Source: a virus
Virus record (IMG/VR): IMGVR_UViG_3300029821_000004
Coordinates: 1 to 61,729 of that record
Length of the DNA: 61,729 nt
Direction: 5' to 3' (one strand)
Shown here: positions 30,489-41,200 of the stretch, piece after piece
Layout of the letters: each line of letters begins with the position of its first letter
Position numbering within the stretch: position 1 is the first letter of the stretch
Notes under the pieces: generated by a model
Databases searched by the model: none
Told to the model about the DNA's origin: nothing
The model's input: only the letters and a program-made list of their open reading frames with translations
Made by a program: the position numbers and the translations under genes

Positions 30489-32537
30489 TTAAAACCCTGC
30501 CACCCCTACACTCTTCTTTGTCCTTACCCCTGCTTGTGAATTAGGTCTGAGCGAAACTATCTTTGGAAGAGGCATCTCTTCAAACCCAATATAAACTCCT
30601 ATTGCAGTTGTATCTTGTATATCGTCTCTCTTTCCTACCGAGGCTTCTATCTGCCCCGTAGGCTTAATTTGCAGCCATTGCATCTCATTAACGGCTTCGT
30701 GAGACCTTTCTATATATTCATCATCTCTTATTGCAGCTACAAGTCTGTCATACGCTTGATACTTGGTTTTTTTATTCATATGCCAACCAAACTTTGTAGG
30801 CTTTCCTGTTTCTATTGCCTTATCTGGCGTGCCTGTTCTGGCATAAAGATTATCGTACTCATCAGCAAGTTCGTCAATGACTGTAAAAAAGTGGTCTCCC
30901 TCATAAAGTATGCTTTCAGCCTTTTTCTTATCTCTTGTATCAAGGGTGTTACTTTCTATCACTATAAAAGCGTGATTGTAGTATTCGGCTATCTGAGCTG
31001 CTTTCCAAGCTAAAATATCGTGGTCTATGTGCCCTACCCATTCGGCACACTTCTCTAAAGCACCAAAAGGAGACATTAGGGCTGCTCTGTTAAATACAGA
31101 GATAACTGAATTGTCGGACTTAAAATGTTTCCCCCCAATATCCACTACGACTAAGTATTGATAAAGCATTTTCTCTTCATCGTATTGTTCGGGGTGTTCC
31201 CATATTTTTAAAAGTTCGGAACCACCAGAGTTCTTTTCGTAAATGGAAATGTTATTTAAAGCTGCTTTTCCTACATAAGAGTCCCCTTTTATATCCCCAA
31301 TCCAAATAGGGGCCCTGCAAGTTTCTCTACATTTATTTATTGCTTCGTCTGTGTAAAATCTTCCAGACTTAGCTTGAAACGCCTCTGCTGCTGTTGTAGG
31401 AAACTCTGACCTCATTTGAAAGTCGGAATAGTTCTTACCACTCTTATAGGTGTTATACCAATTTATCCCCTCTAAAGTTGCACCCTCGTACCATTGCCAC
31501 CAATTATATTGAGACATACTTTCTAGAAAAGTCTTGTAATTCTTAATAGGCTTGGTGTACATCTCTATTTCAAACCAAGAGACGAATACAGGGTGTAGTT
31601 CACTATTTCCACTTTCTGCAGACAACCATTTTTCGTGAAAGAAATTACCTATCCCCTTAGCTGTTGATTCAAGACAAATGAAAGTCCCGGGCATATCCGG
31701 AATAGCTGCATAGATAGCTTGGGCCAAATCTTCTCCTGACTTCTGAGCTGTTTCAGCCCAAAAGGCTACTTCGGAAAGATGAGCCATTGCTATATCGAAA
31801 GAACGGATAGAGTCAGGCTCTTCTGCAGAACCTATTTGTATCTCACAACCCCTCTCTGTTATTTGTCTTACGCTTTGTGTTCCTCCTACTGCATCAAAAG
31901 AATAAACCCCGGCAGTCCTTGGGTATCTCTTTAATGTTTTGGCTAACATATTACGAATATTGACCGCCTGAGTCTTAAACTGAGATACGATAGCACTATG
32001 CCAATTCTCAAAATGGAATAGTTGGAGCCATAACATATAAATCTGAGTCAGGGTTGAACCTCCCCATTGCCGGGCCTTTACGATTATAGTTCTTATTGGT
32101 TTTTCAGCCAAGCGTTGCCTTTCATATTCTCCGAGTAGCTTCCTTTGGCCCCTGTTTAATTTGAACGGAATAGGCTGTTTGGTTAGCTTATCTTGAATAC
32201 GGACACAAGTTACGGCCCAAAATTCAAAGTCGTGCTTAAACCTATCCCCATAAAACCCTCTTAAAATAAGTGCCTCTAAATCTTTTACCCTTTGTTCCGG
32301 CTTATAAGTTTTCTCAATTATAGCACTAAAGGAGCCGTATTTTTCTAAGGCCCCTACTATTGGGATAGAAAACATAGACTCTGGAAGGTAAATCGTTTTC
32401 CCATTTATTAAGATAGCCTTTCTTTGAACTGACTCTGAGTCGTGATCCCCTTCCTCTCTGGAATAATCCCGAAAGTACAGAGATTTTCTATTTTCATTCT
32501 CTGCTAAGATCCTCTTTACCTCATTGTCAGATCTCAT
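30489..32537 (-). CDS. terL: Terminase large subunit
   Basis: 682 aa with a Walker-A-like VKARQWGGSTLTQ, an acidic nuclease-half pattern (VVVDIGGK...), and typical size and position. Confidence 0.8.
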   Translation of the reverse strand: MRSDNEVKRILAENENRKSLYFRDYSREEGDHDSESVQRKAILINGKTIYLPESMFSIPIVGALEKYGSFSAIIEKTYKPEQRVKDLEALILRGFYGDRFKHDFEFWAVTCVRIQDKLTKQPIPFKLNRGQRKLLGEYERQRLAEKPIRTIIVKARQWGGSTLTQIYMLWLQLFHFENWHSAIVSQFKTQAVNIRNMLAKTLKRYPRTAGVYSFDAVGGTQSVRQITERGCEIQIGSAEEPDSIRSFDIAMAHLSEVAFWAETAQKSGEDLAQAIYAAIPDMPGTFICLESTAKGIGNFFHEKWLSAESGNSELHPVFVSWFEIEMYTKPIKNYKTFLESMSQYNWWQWYEGATLEGINWYNTYKSGKNYSDFQMRSEFPTTAAEAFQAKSGRFYTDEAINKCRETCRAPIWIGDIKGDSYVGKAALNNISIYEKNSGGSELLKIWEHPEQYDEEKMLYQYLVVVDIGGKHFKSDNSVISVFNRAALMSPFGALEKCAEWVGHIDHDILAWKAAQIAEYYNHAFIVIESNTLDTRDKKKAESILYEGDHFFTVIDELADEYDNLYARTGTPDKAIETGKPTKFGWHMNKKTKYQAYDRLVAAIRDDEYIERSHEAVNEMQWLQIKPTGQIEASVGKRDDIQDTTAIGVYIGFEEMPLPKIVSLRPNSQAGVRTKKSVGVAGF

Positions 32538-32811
32538 CTTTTATCTCGTCTAATAAATCTGAAAGCATATCTCTACGAAGAACCATAAGGTTATACATCA
32601 TTGGATCGCTTTTCCTTTCCTGAGCATAAATAATATTCTCCGCCCTCCCTCTTGAAATACAATACCTTAATTCTATTGCCGAATACGCTTCATCGTTGGC
32701 TTCTTTTGAGGAGAGTCCTCTTTTCATCGCTCTTTTGTGAACGATAAGATATAAGTGGTATATCTCGTAATTCCTTATCTCTGACTCTTTATACAAATGT
32801 ACTTGCGTCAA
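32527..32811 (-). CDS. Hypothetical protein, possible small terminase subunit
   Basis: 94-aa ORF that overlaps the TerL start by 11 nt. The call rests on position only. Confidence 0.3.
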   Translation of the reverse strand: MTQVHLYKESEIRNYEIYHLYLIVHKRAMKRGLSSKEANDEAYSAIELRYCISRGRAENIIYAQERKSDPMMYNLMVLRRDMLSDLLDEIKDEI

Positions 32812-32851
32812 TAATTATAATTCCCCACAAAGATAAGTAAATATTTTTAAA

Positions 32852-32868
32852 CTCCACATATTGTGGAA
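32852..32868. promoter_or_regulatory. Conserved near-palindromic motif CTCCACATATTGTGGAA (second copy)
   Basis: It matches 9801-9817 except for one base and lies between divergent start codons 32811 and 32946. Confidence 0.5.
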
Positions 32869-32910
32869 AGTTAGCATATATGTAGAGTCATATTTGCTTA
32901 ACTTAATAAA

Positions 32911-32924
32911 TTGACATAAGTCAA
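32911..32924. promoter_or_regulatory. Palindrome TTGAC-ATAA-GTCAA in divergent late promoter region B
   Basis: Read directly. It is related to 9769-9782. Confidence 0.3.
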
Positions 32925-32945
32925 TATAACATTTAAAACGAGGAT

Positions 32946-33761
32946 ATGGCAAAAGAGAAAGAAGAGATAGACCAAATGGCTATCCAATCAGAAGCACAGG
33001 AGTCTCCAATGGAAACGACTGAGGCTCCTATGACTCTTCGCAAATACCGGGAGATGATCAAGGCTCGTTACCCTGATGAGAACCCACAGACTGACGAAGA
33101 GTGGGCCGATCTCGAAGATAGGTATGCAGAAGAAACCGAAGGCGTGATCTCGAACTACAAGGATTCGGAGATGACTCTCAATGAAGTAATGACTGCCTAT
33201 CCTGAGTTGGCCTCGATACTACACGATATCGTGGTAAATAAGCTGCCTGTAAGGGCTGCCATTGCAAAGCATTTTGAGCAGGAAGACCTTATTCCGCAAG
33301 AGGGAGATCCTGATTACCCGGAGTTCGATGCAGTTCTAAAAGAAAAGCAAGGAGCCAAAGAGAAAAAGTCTGCCCTTGACAAAGAGATTGAAGATAATAT
33401 GGATCAATCCATAAAATCTATTGATGCCTTTTGTGAGCAAAAAGGGTATGACGACACCCAAAAACAAACTCTACTTGACTTTATCGAGTCCACCTTCCAA
33501 GACCTTTTGATGAAAAAGGTTACTGAGAACATTCTGGATGCCTTTAACAAAGCTATGAGCTACGATAAGGACTTGGCTATGGCAGAAGAAGCAGGAGAGA
33601 TTAAGGGAAAGAATACCGCCATTGAAGCAAAGATGGCCAAGGTAGATGAGCAGATGGGAGACGGAATCCCTGACATAAGCAAAGGGGGTACAATGAGAGA
33701 GGTAGAACCGGGGGTAGTACAAAAACACTTCGGGGATATCGGAAAGAGAAAGGGAATTTAA
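32946..33761 (+). CDS. Scaffolding protein (putative)
   Basis: 271 aa, very acidic and helical, immediately upstream of the capsid gene. Confidence 0.55.
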   Translation: MAKEKEEIDQMAIQSEAQESPMETTEAPMTLRKYREMIKARYPDENPQTDEEWADLEDRYAEETEGVISNYKDSEMTLNEVMTAYPELASILHDIVVNKLPVRAAIAKHFEQEDLIPQEGDPDYPEFDAVLKEKQGAKEKKSALDKEIEDNMDQSIKSIDAFCEQKGYDDTQKQTLLDFIESTFQDLLMKKVTENILDAFNKAMSYDKDLAMAEEAGEIKGKNTAIEAKMAKVDEQMGDGIPDISKGGTMREVEPGVVQKHFGDIGKRKGI

Positions 33762-33783
33762 AAACAATTAAAAGAATAAGAAG

Positions 33784-35106
33784 ATGAAAAAACATTTAAA
33801 ATTTATTGCCCTATTAGGTTGCATACTGCTTATGGTGGGACTTGTAACTTTGGGAGCCGATGCAATGATTAGTTTCATTGTAGGCGGTGGAACTATTATA
33901 CTTGCTTCCCCGGCCTTAGTTGGTACGGGAGTTGGAGAAAGCGGATTGGCCACAGGTGAACTTTATGATACGAATAGTATCACACAAGAAGACCTGAATA
34001 AAATTGTTATAAAAGTACGGCCTTCCGACACTCCGCTTGACACTTTGACTCGTGAAATAAATAATGTGTCCCAAGCAAAAAACAGAGAGACGGGAGGTTT
34101 TGAGGTAGGTACCCGTGATGTAGAAGATGCAGTTACCTTCGCATTTGCCGGTGGGGCCGATGTGGCCAACTTAAGAGTAGGTAAAAAAGCTATCTGGCAA
34201 GTATCTGACACTATCTATCTTCCTGAGATTGCCGGTGGAGACGGCAAACCTTTGCAGCTTTATGTAGCAGCTAAGGATAACGCAGCCTCAACTCTTCAGG
34301 TAGTAGCTTGTAACCCGGTAGATGGGAATATCCCTGCAATAGCTAACGCAAGTCTTCTTATGAGACTCTCTAAAGCTATGGGTGAGGTCGATGCTCAGAC
34401 AGATCCGTTTACTACTTTACCAACCGATAGAAAGAACTACACTCAAATACATATGACTCAGGTCGAAGTTTCTACTTTGTCCGAAATCTACAATAAAAGA
34501 GTAGCCCTTGACTTTACCACTCATAAAGAAATATCTATCTGGGATTGGAAAAGAGCAATGGAGCTTACTAACCTATTTGGTAAGAAAGGTAAGTTTGTCG
34601 ATCCGGTAGCTAATAAAACTATTTACACTTCAGATGGTCTTTGGAACCAATTAACCGGAGTATCAGAATATGCTTCGACTGCAACTAACGCAGCTTTCGT
34701 TAAGATGACTAAAGAGATTTTTGACGGGAATAACGGTTCTGAAAGACGAATACTTCTTGCCGGTAGTGAGCTTATCGAATGGCTTTCAACTGTTGAGAAC
34801 TACTCTAAACAACAAAGGCCTGAGGGCGTAGAGATTGTTCACGGAGTACGCTTCAATAAGATCATAACCAACTTCGGAGAACTGCTTGTAAAACCTATGT
34901 CAAGTCTATTCTTGGGCGATATGGCAGCTTGTGGAATGGTGCTCGATATGAGTTATATCCGCAAAGATGTTCAAGAGGCACTACAAGTAACCGAACTTGA
35001 CCTTGATAAGACAGGCCAAAGAAGGGTAAAAGCTGTTCGTATGCTCGAGAACTACTGTCTATTTGCAGAGAATCTTCCTGTACATAGAAAGATTATACCG
35101 GCATAA
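33784..35106 (+). CDS. Major capsid protein (putative); start uncertain
   Basis: The size, the position after the scaffold, and the segments VRPSDTPLDTLTR and RKNYTQIHMTQVEVSTLSE...ELTNLFGKK resemble podovirus-type (SU10/DUF5309-like) coat proteins as I recall them. The N-terminal 55 aa are hydrophobic. Confidence 0.65.
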   Translation: MKKHLKFIALLGCILLMVGLVTLGADAMISFIVGGGTIILASPALVGTGVGESGLATGELYDTNSITQEDLNKIVIKVRPSDTPLDTLTREINNVSQAKNRETGGFEVGTRDVEDAVTFAFAGGADVANLRVGKKAIWQVSDTIYLPEIAGGDGKPLQLYVAAKDNAASTLQVVACNPVDGNIPAIANASLLMRLSKAMGEVDAQTDPFTTLPTDRKNYTQIHMTQVEVSTLSEIYNKRVALDFTTHKEISIWDWKRAMELTNLFGKKGKFVDPVANKTIYTSDGLWNQLTGVSEYASTATNAAFVKMTKEIFDGNNGSERRILLAGSELIEWLSTVENYSKQQRPEGVEIVHGVRFNKIITNFGELLVKPMSSLFLGDMAACGMVLDMSYIRKDVQEALQVTELDLDKTGQRRVKAVRMLENYCLFAENLPVHRKIIPA

Positions 35107-35179
35107 TTAATTAAACATAAATTGGGTAGAGGGGGAGGTGGTTGTAGCGATTAGCTCCCCCTTTAATTTAAAAAGTATT

Positions 35180-35695
35180 ATGACAAAAACATATATAAGC
35201 CTATTAGGACAGCATCACGCAACTTCGATTTACATAAACGGAGTTGAGAAGAGAATAGTATTCTCAGGAGCAGAGGGCGACACTAACGGCATTTTTACCA
35301 CAGGCAAGATTGAGGAACAGGAGGCTATTGAAAAGAACCCTTCTTTTAATAAGAGATACGCACTTTATAAAGAGTATAAAGATCCTGTTGGTATATCCGG
35401 CCCCGGAACTCTTGTAAACAAATCTCTGACCTCAGAAGACCTCAAAGAAGCAGGAATGATTCTCGGAATACCGGCTAAAGAGGTGGCAAAGATTGGAAAG
35501 ATAACTAACCATCCTGCCGTAGCTGTACCTGAGCCAATAAAGGAAAAGCCAAACACAAAAACCTTTAAGACCACCAATGAGGCGCAAGAGTTTTTTATGA
35601 CTGAGTACAACATTCCTAAAAACAAGATGCGCACTTATACTGAGATACGCAAAGTAGGAGCAGATAATGGACTTGAAATAATCTTTCAAAAATGA
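35180..35695 (+). CDS. Hypothetical protein
   Basis: ORF track begins at a GTG at 35138. The ATG at 35180 (MTKTYISLLG) is preferred. Confidence 0.5.
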   Translation: MTKTYISLLGQHHATSIYINGVEKRIVFSGAEGDTNGIFTTGKIEEQEAIEKNPSFNKRYALYKEYKDPVGISGPGTLVNKSLTSEDLKEAGMILGIPAKEVAKIGKITNHPAVAVPEPIKEKPNTKTFKTTNEAQEFFMTEYNIPKNKMRTYTEIRKVGADNGLEIIFQK

Positions 35696-36549
35696 ACAGA
35701 CAAGCCTTAATAAATCAAGTCAAATCAAAGATTGACGAACTCTCAGTAGAGGATGCTATTCTCGTGGATGTAGGACTGACCGATGAGAAGCCTATTGACG
35801 ATATGATAGAGTCCCTCTTAGATGAGAGTGCTAAAGAGATTTTATTAAAGGCTCCTATTCATAAATTAACTCCTACTGTTTGTGCTTTTACTGCACAACC
35901 GGACACCCCTGACCTCTTTACTTACGACGTTGATACTCACTTTCCTTTAGAGGAAGGTTATTACACTTCTGCTCAGGCAAGAGCTATCGTTCCTGCCAAT
36001 ATAAGAAAAGTAGGTTTAGTTATCACTTATGAAAGAGAGGTTCCCGGCACTCCCGGAACTTATGAGCAATACACCGAACAATATATTGGAGTAGGCATAA
36101 GTGGTTGGGCTACGGAAGGTAATTGGACCATAACCATTTCTCTTCCCCCGGCCCCTGTTGCACAAAGCTACACCGGTATAGTTCCTGTACCAACAGACTA
36201 TTTAAGGCTCGTAGAGTTTAAAATGACCGAATGGGAAAGACCGGTAGTAAAAGAGACCTTCCCCGAGGAGATAATGGCTCAAAAGCAATATAACCGGTGG
36301 CTAAGAGCCGGTAAAAGTAAACCCGTACTTATTTTAACTCACCGCTCTACCGGGAGAGTGTTTGAATACTTCTCAGTAGAAACAGAAAACACCATTGAAA
36401 GATACTTATACATTAAATCTGATGTGGCCGAAAACATACCCGTAATACTACAAGACGCTCTATGTTGGGTATGTGCCTCAAAAGTTCTTTCTATACTCAA
36501 TAACGCTGCATACAAGACGGCTCTGGAAAACGCAATCAGCTTACTTTAA
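35692..36549 (+). CDS. Hypothetical virion protein
   Basis: 285 aa, ATGA overlap with the upstream gene. Confidence 0.55.
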   Translation: MNRQALINQVKSKIDELSVEDAILVDVGLTDEKPIDDMIESLLDESAKEILLKAPIHKLTPTVCAFTAQPDTPDLFTYDVDTHFPLEEGYYTSAQARAIVPANIRKVGLVITYEREVPGTPGTYEQYTEQYIGVGISGWATEGNWTITISLPPAPVAQSYTGIVPVPTDYLRLVEFKMTEWERPVVKETFPEEIMAQKQYNRWLRAGKSKPVLILTHRSTGRVFEYFSVETENTIERYLYIKSDVAENIPVILQDALCWVCASKVLSILNNAAYKTALENAISLL

Positions 36550-36562
36550 AAAAATATAAATT

Positions 36563-36778
36563 ATGATCGTAGGAAAACACTCAGCAATAAAAGGATTTAG
36601 TTTACTCGTTATTCTATTTATCCTCCAGATACCTTGTTGGAACGCTTTTGCAAACTCTGAATATTGGATAGTTCGTGCAACCGGAGTGATCTCAATATTT
36701 ATCACTGCAACAGTAGTCTTTCTTGCTTACAAATATGAAAAGCAAATACTCAAATTCTTTCAGAACCCTAAATCCTAA
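36563..36778 (+). CDS. Small membrane protein (2 predicted TM)
   Basis: Hydrophobic stretches FSLLVILFILQIPCW and GVISIFITATVVFLAY. Confidence 0.5.
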   Translation: MIVGKHSAIKGFSLLVILFILQIPCWNAFANSEYWIVRATGVISIFITATVVFLAYKYEKQILKFFQNPKS

Positions 36779-36783
36779 AGACA

Positions 36784-37041
36784 ATGAGCTTAACTGACGA
36801 GAGATTTAAACGCAACGATGAAGAACATAATACGATTATGGAGAAACTAGATACCCTTAAAGATGCTATACAGAAGGATATTAAAGACCTTTCAGTTGCA
36901 GTTGCAGAGATGCCTGACAAGATACTCGCAAGAGGAGATCGTCGTTATGCCTCTAAGACAGTTGAGAAGGTTATTTATGGAGTAATAGGTGCTGCCGGTG
37001 CTGCAATCATTTTAGCACTACTACAATTAATAATGAAGTGA
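36784..37041 (+). CDS. Small tail-anchored membrane protein
   Basis: Charged helical N-terminus and a C-terminal TM, VIYGVIGAAGAAIILALLQLIM. Confidence 0.5.
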   Translation: MSLTDERFKRNDEEHNTIMEKLDTLKDAIQKDIKDLSVAVAEMPDKILARGDRRYASKTVEKVIYGVIGAAGAAIILALLQLIMK

Positions 37042-37274
37042 TGAAATTTATAAAAGAGATATTCACAGGAACCAATGGGAGCGCATCTTCGAAAAGAGTC
37101 GTAGGGGCAATATGTATAACCTATGCAATGATAATGTGCGCAGTTGCCTTCTTTGTAAGCGGAGGGCAAGACATACCACCTAATGTTCAAGTAGTCTCTT
37201 TACAATTTCTTATCACCGGAGCTTCCCTGATAGGTTTAGGAGTTTTAGAAAAAACACAAAATGAAAAGATCTAA
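37038..37274 (+). CDS. Small membrane protein (2 TM), holin-like topology
   Basis: VVGAICITYAMIMCAVAFFV and VVSLQFLITGASLIGLGV. ATGA overlap with the upstream gene. Confidence 0.45.
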   Translation: MMKFIKEIFTGTNGSASSKRVVGAICITYAMIMCAVAFFVSGGQDIPPNVQVVSLQFLITGASLIGLGVLEKTQNEKI

Positions 37275-37473
37275 AATAAAAGAGTTTTTTGGCCTTAAAA
37301 TTATCGCCAATGACAACACAAAGGAACTTCATAAAGTCGAAAAGATGACCGACAGATGCAGACTTACTTTTATGCACAACGCAAGATATGTTTCAAATCG
37401 CAAAGCAGAAATCTTGATTAAGCAAGGCTATAACGGTTGTAGATACTGCAATAAAGAGAAAGATACAGATTAA
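37261..37473 (+). CDS. Hypothetical small basic protein
   Basis: 70-aa ORF that overlaps the upstream gene by 14 nt. It has a C-terminal CRYCNKE. Confidence 0.4.
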   Translation: MKRSKIKEFFGLKIIANDNTKELHKVEKMTDRCRLTFMHNARYVSNRKAEILIKQGYNGCRYCNKEKDTD

Positions 37474-37495
37474 CAATTTAAAAAACAGAGAGAAT

Positions 37496-38227
37496 ATGAG
37501 CAAGTATTTTTACAAAGGAGCAACGCTTAATATGGTTTTTGCGACTCCTATCCCACAATCGGGAAACAGAAAGACCATAACCGGCTACACTTTTAACGCT
37601 ACCCTGAAAGCAGGGGTAACTACTTACACCCTACCCGTAGAGGTGGTGGATCAGTATTCATTCAAACTATTTCTTACCGAGTCAATCTCTTCCCGGCTCT
37701 TAGCAGTAGATCTTCTACTTGTTATTGAGGCAAGAAAAGACAACAAGGTGCTTATCGGGAGAAACACCGACCTAGTTTGTGTGAATCCAGAGAACGGATT
37801 AGCTGTACCTGATTTGGATAGCGAAGAGGCAATGACTGTAATCTTCGGGGATGGTGGAGAATTGGAATTTGAGTTTGACCTTCCTACTATTTCTACTTCA
37901 CCTTTTGAGATGTGGTTAGAAACACACCCAGAAGGAACACAGGCGCAGTTTCTCGCTTCAATACTTAACCCGACCTATAACGGAGCAGTTCCCGAGTATA
38001 GCGACTCTGCCGGTAATAAAGGCGAATTTGCAGTTGATTCAACATACCTCTATGTATGTTTTGCTGATAACTCTTGGGGAACGATAGCTATTGGAAAAAG
38101 CGTCTTAGACGCTGCCCCTACAACTACTCCAGAACCTACAACCCCTGAGCCTACCACCGAAGAAGGAACTACCCCTGAAGCCACAACTGACGAGGGTACT
38201 ACACCTGACGGAACCACAGGAGAATAA
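37496..38227 (+). CDS. Fibre-related protein, N-terminal paralogue of the 1199-aa fibre, with a mucin-like Thr/Pro/Glu tail
   Basis: MSKYFYKGATL...ITGYTFNATL parallels MRKEFYKGESL...ITDYTVEATL of the next gene. Both carry W..(N/H)PEGT(E/Q)..F motifs. The C-terminus (38107-38224) reads PTTTPEPTTPEPTTEEGTTPEATTDEGTTPDGTTGE. Confidence 0.65.
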   Translation: MSKYFYKGATLNMVFATPIPQSGNRKTITGYTFNATLKAGVTTYTLPVEVVDQYSFKLFLTESISSRLLAVDLLLVIEARKDNKVLIGRNTDLVCVNPENGLAVPDLDSEEAMTVIFGDGGELEFEFDLPTISTSPFEMWLETHPEGTQAQFLASILNPTYNGAVPEYSDSAGNKGEFAVDSTYLYVCFADNSWGTIAIGKSVLDAAPTTTPEPTTPEPTTEEGTTPEATTDEGTTPDGTTGE

Positions 38228-38250
38228 TTAACTAATCAAGGGAGAACAAG

Positions 38251-41200
38251 ATGAGAAAGGAATTTTATAAAGGAGAGAGTTTGTCGCTTATTTTAACCAC
38301 TCCAACACCAGAAACGGGAACAAGAGTAAAGATAACCGACTACACAGTAGAGGCGACTTTGCAGGGCGTTTCTCCCTTGATAACCATACTTAACGATTAT
38401 CAGGTGCAGTTGTTTCTAAGTGCTGAGACAACTGCCTTTTTAAACGAAGGGAGAGTAGATACTATTCTTAAATTAACAGACGAAGATCAAGTAATTATCG
38501 GAAAGAATATTGACCTCTTTGCGAAAGATCCTGCCACCTCACGACCTATTGACGGACTTGATGAAAATAATACCTTATCTCTCACAGTAAACACAGGGGA
38601 TATTGTTTTTGAAGTTTCACTAGAGCATATTTCCAGAAGTGCTTTAAAAGTATGGCAAGATAACGGAAACCCAGAAGGAACCGAAGAGGAGTTTTTAATC
38701 TGGTTACAGGAACCCGCCACAGAAGCAGCTTCACTAGCTAATGAAAAAGCCCTTTTAGCAGACGAAAAAGCCACTCTTGCAGCAGAGAAGGCGCAAGATG
38801 CCATTACTGCAACCCAAGGGGCTATAACTGCCACTAATGAGGCAATAGAAGCCACCGAAGATACTATTCTAGCTAAAGAAGCAGCACTCGCAGCAGCAAA
38901 TGAAACTTTAGAAGTGATTAACGCAACCGAACAAGCACTTTCAGAACTAGAGCAACTAAAAACCGATACTGAAAATATCGGTATAGCAGTTACTTTAAAA
39001 GGAAATCAAGCAGAAGCACAAGGCGTACTTGCAGAACAAAAGGCTACTTTAGCCGAAGATGCAGCAACAAACGCCCTAATAAAAGGAAATAACGCTCAGA
39101 CACAAGCAGACTTAGCTAATCAAGCCAGAGCATCAACTTTAGCAGCTAAAGCAGCTACCGAACAAGCAACTGAGCTTACTATAATTGAAACAAACAAAGC
39201 CACTCAAGCAGCAGCTTTAGCACAAGAGAAAGCTACTTTAGCAAATAGTAGGGCAACTCTAGCCAATCAAAAAGCAGACGAAGCAGCACTAGCTACCCTT
39301 GCAGCTAATCAGGCAACAGAAGGGGCGTTAAATGCAAAAGCACAAGCACTTTTAGCCTCCCAATCTACTCAACAAGCTACTCTGTCAGCTAATCTTGCTG
39401 CAGATAACGCAAATCAAGCAGCCGAGGCCGAGGCAGAATTAGAACTTCTCATTGCAGCAGCCGAGAGCGCAAGAGAATCAGCCGAGAGCTTGAGGATAAG
39501 TGCGGAGAGTGCAAGGGATTCAGCCGAAGGATTAAGAGCAACAGGGGAGGATAATAGAGAATCAGCTGAAGATGCAAGGGTAACGGCAGAAGGTTTACGT
39601 GTAAGTGCAGAAGAAGCGAGAGTTACTGCGGAAGGTCTTAGGGTTACTGCAGAAGAAGGTCGTGTAACCGAAGAAGGATTAAGGGTAACTGCCGAACAAG
39701 GCAGAGATACCGCAGAGGGGTTAAGAGTTACTGCGGAGGAAGGCAGGGTTACTGCAGAAGGTCTTAGAGTTACTGCCGAAGATGCGAGAGTAACTGCGGA
39801 AGCTGCAAGGGTACAAGCAGAAATTGACCGAGTTAATTCGGGGGCTGCTCTTTCTGTTGATGTGAAGGCAATTCAACCAGCTGTTGCATTCCTCAAACGG
39901 GTAACCGCAGACGGAGGAACAGTTGTAGATAAATCACTCTTAGCTAAATTCTACACCGAAATGAATCAGAGTTTAGCAAACACCCACGCACTCTATTTCT
40001 TCCAATTAGGCATAAAAGAAAGGGTTTCAGGTATTAATCGTTTTTGCAATAAGGCATACGATATGGGACCGTTAAATAATGACGGAGTACAAGTAACAGA
40101 AGCAACTCAATCTTTTGTGGGTGGCTACATTGCACCGAATGAGTTTAGATGCCTGAAATATCTTCAAGGGCAAACACAAACGGGTGAGATAACCATCCCT
40201 ACAAAGAGTTATTTAGCTACGGATAGTTGGACTTTGTTCTTGGTTTTAAAGGCAAATAAGAGAGGAACTACCCGAATATTAACGGGGGCTAATTCTTATA
40301 TAGACATCACCGCTACCACAATCGTTTTGCATAACGGAACAAGCGCCACATTAACGGGTACACATACCTACGATGTTGGCAAGATTGCACAGGTTGAGTT
40401 TCAATACTCAAACGGAACGGGGTTAATTAAAGTTAATAATATACCTCTTGCTACTACTGTTATCAGTACGACAATGAGCATAACATGTTTGGCATATAGT
40501 TCAACCAATCCTTTCGACGGCTCTATCTACTATTTCCACCTTGAAAATGTAAGAATCTCCGAAAGTGATAGCCAAAAGCGTTTCACATTTCTCCGTTCAC
40601 TTTTCGCAGAGATTGAGGGCATAGGCATAGGCAATCAGTTTTGGCAGACGAGCAATACAGAACAGACTGTTGCTGCAAACGGAACAGTAATACCCGAAGT
40701 TCAATTAGCGACAAGTGGGGCAGAATTATTAACCCTTGACTTTAATAATTGGACTCCCGTAGGAACAGTAACTATTGATGCAGTAGCGACATTCAGCACA
40801 ACGGGTGCGGGTGGGGTGCATAAAAGTTTATTGACAATTGGTACAGTTTATTTAATCACATTCACAAAGGATAACGCAAACTGCAAACTATACAACAATG
40901 CAGGAACGGGGGCAACCGCAGAGATAACAAGCGGAACACCTTTTGTGGCAGTAAGTGCAAGTATATACTTTCTAAATTCAGAAACGGGTACAACAGTATT
41001 TTCAGCAGCATCGGTTAAGGCGGCGGGTTGGGCGGATTTAACTATTCCCGCTTGGTGCTACTACAACAATTCGGTTGCTAATGGGGCAGTTTATGGAAAG
41101 CTCTATAATTGGTACGCTATTGACCTAATCAACAAATACGCACCACAAGGGTTTAGAGTGCCAAGCAAGGCAGATTATGACCAATTAATGGCGGCATTAG

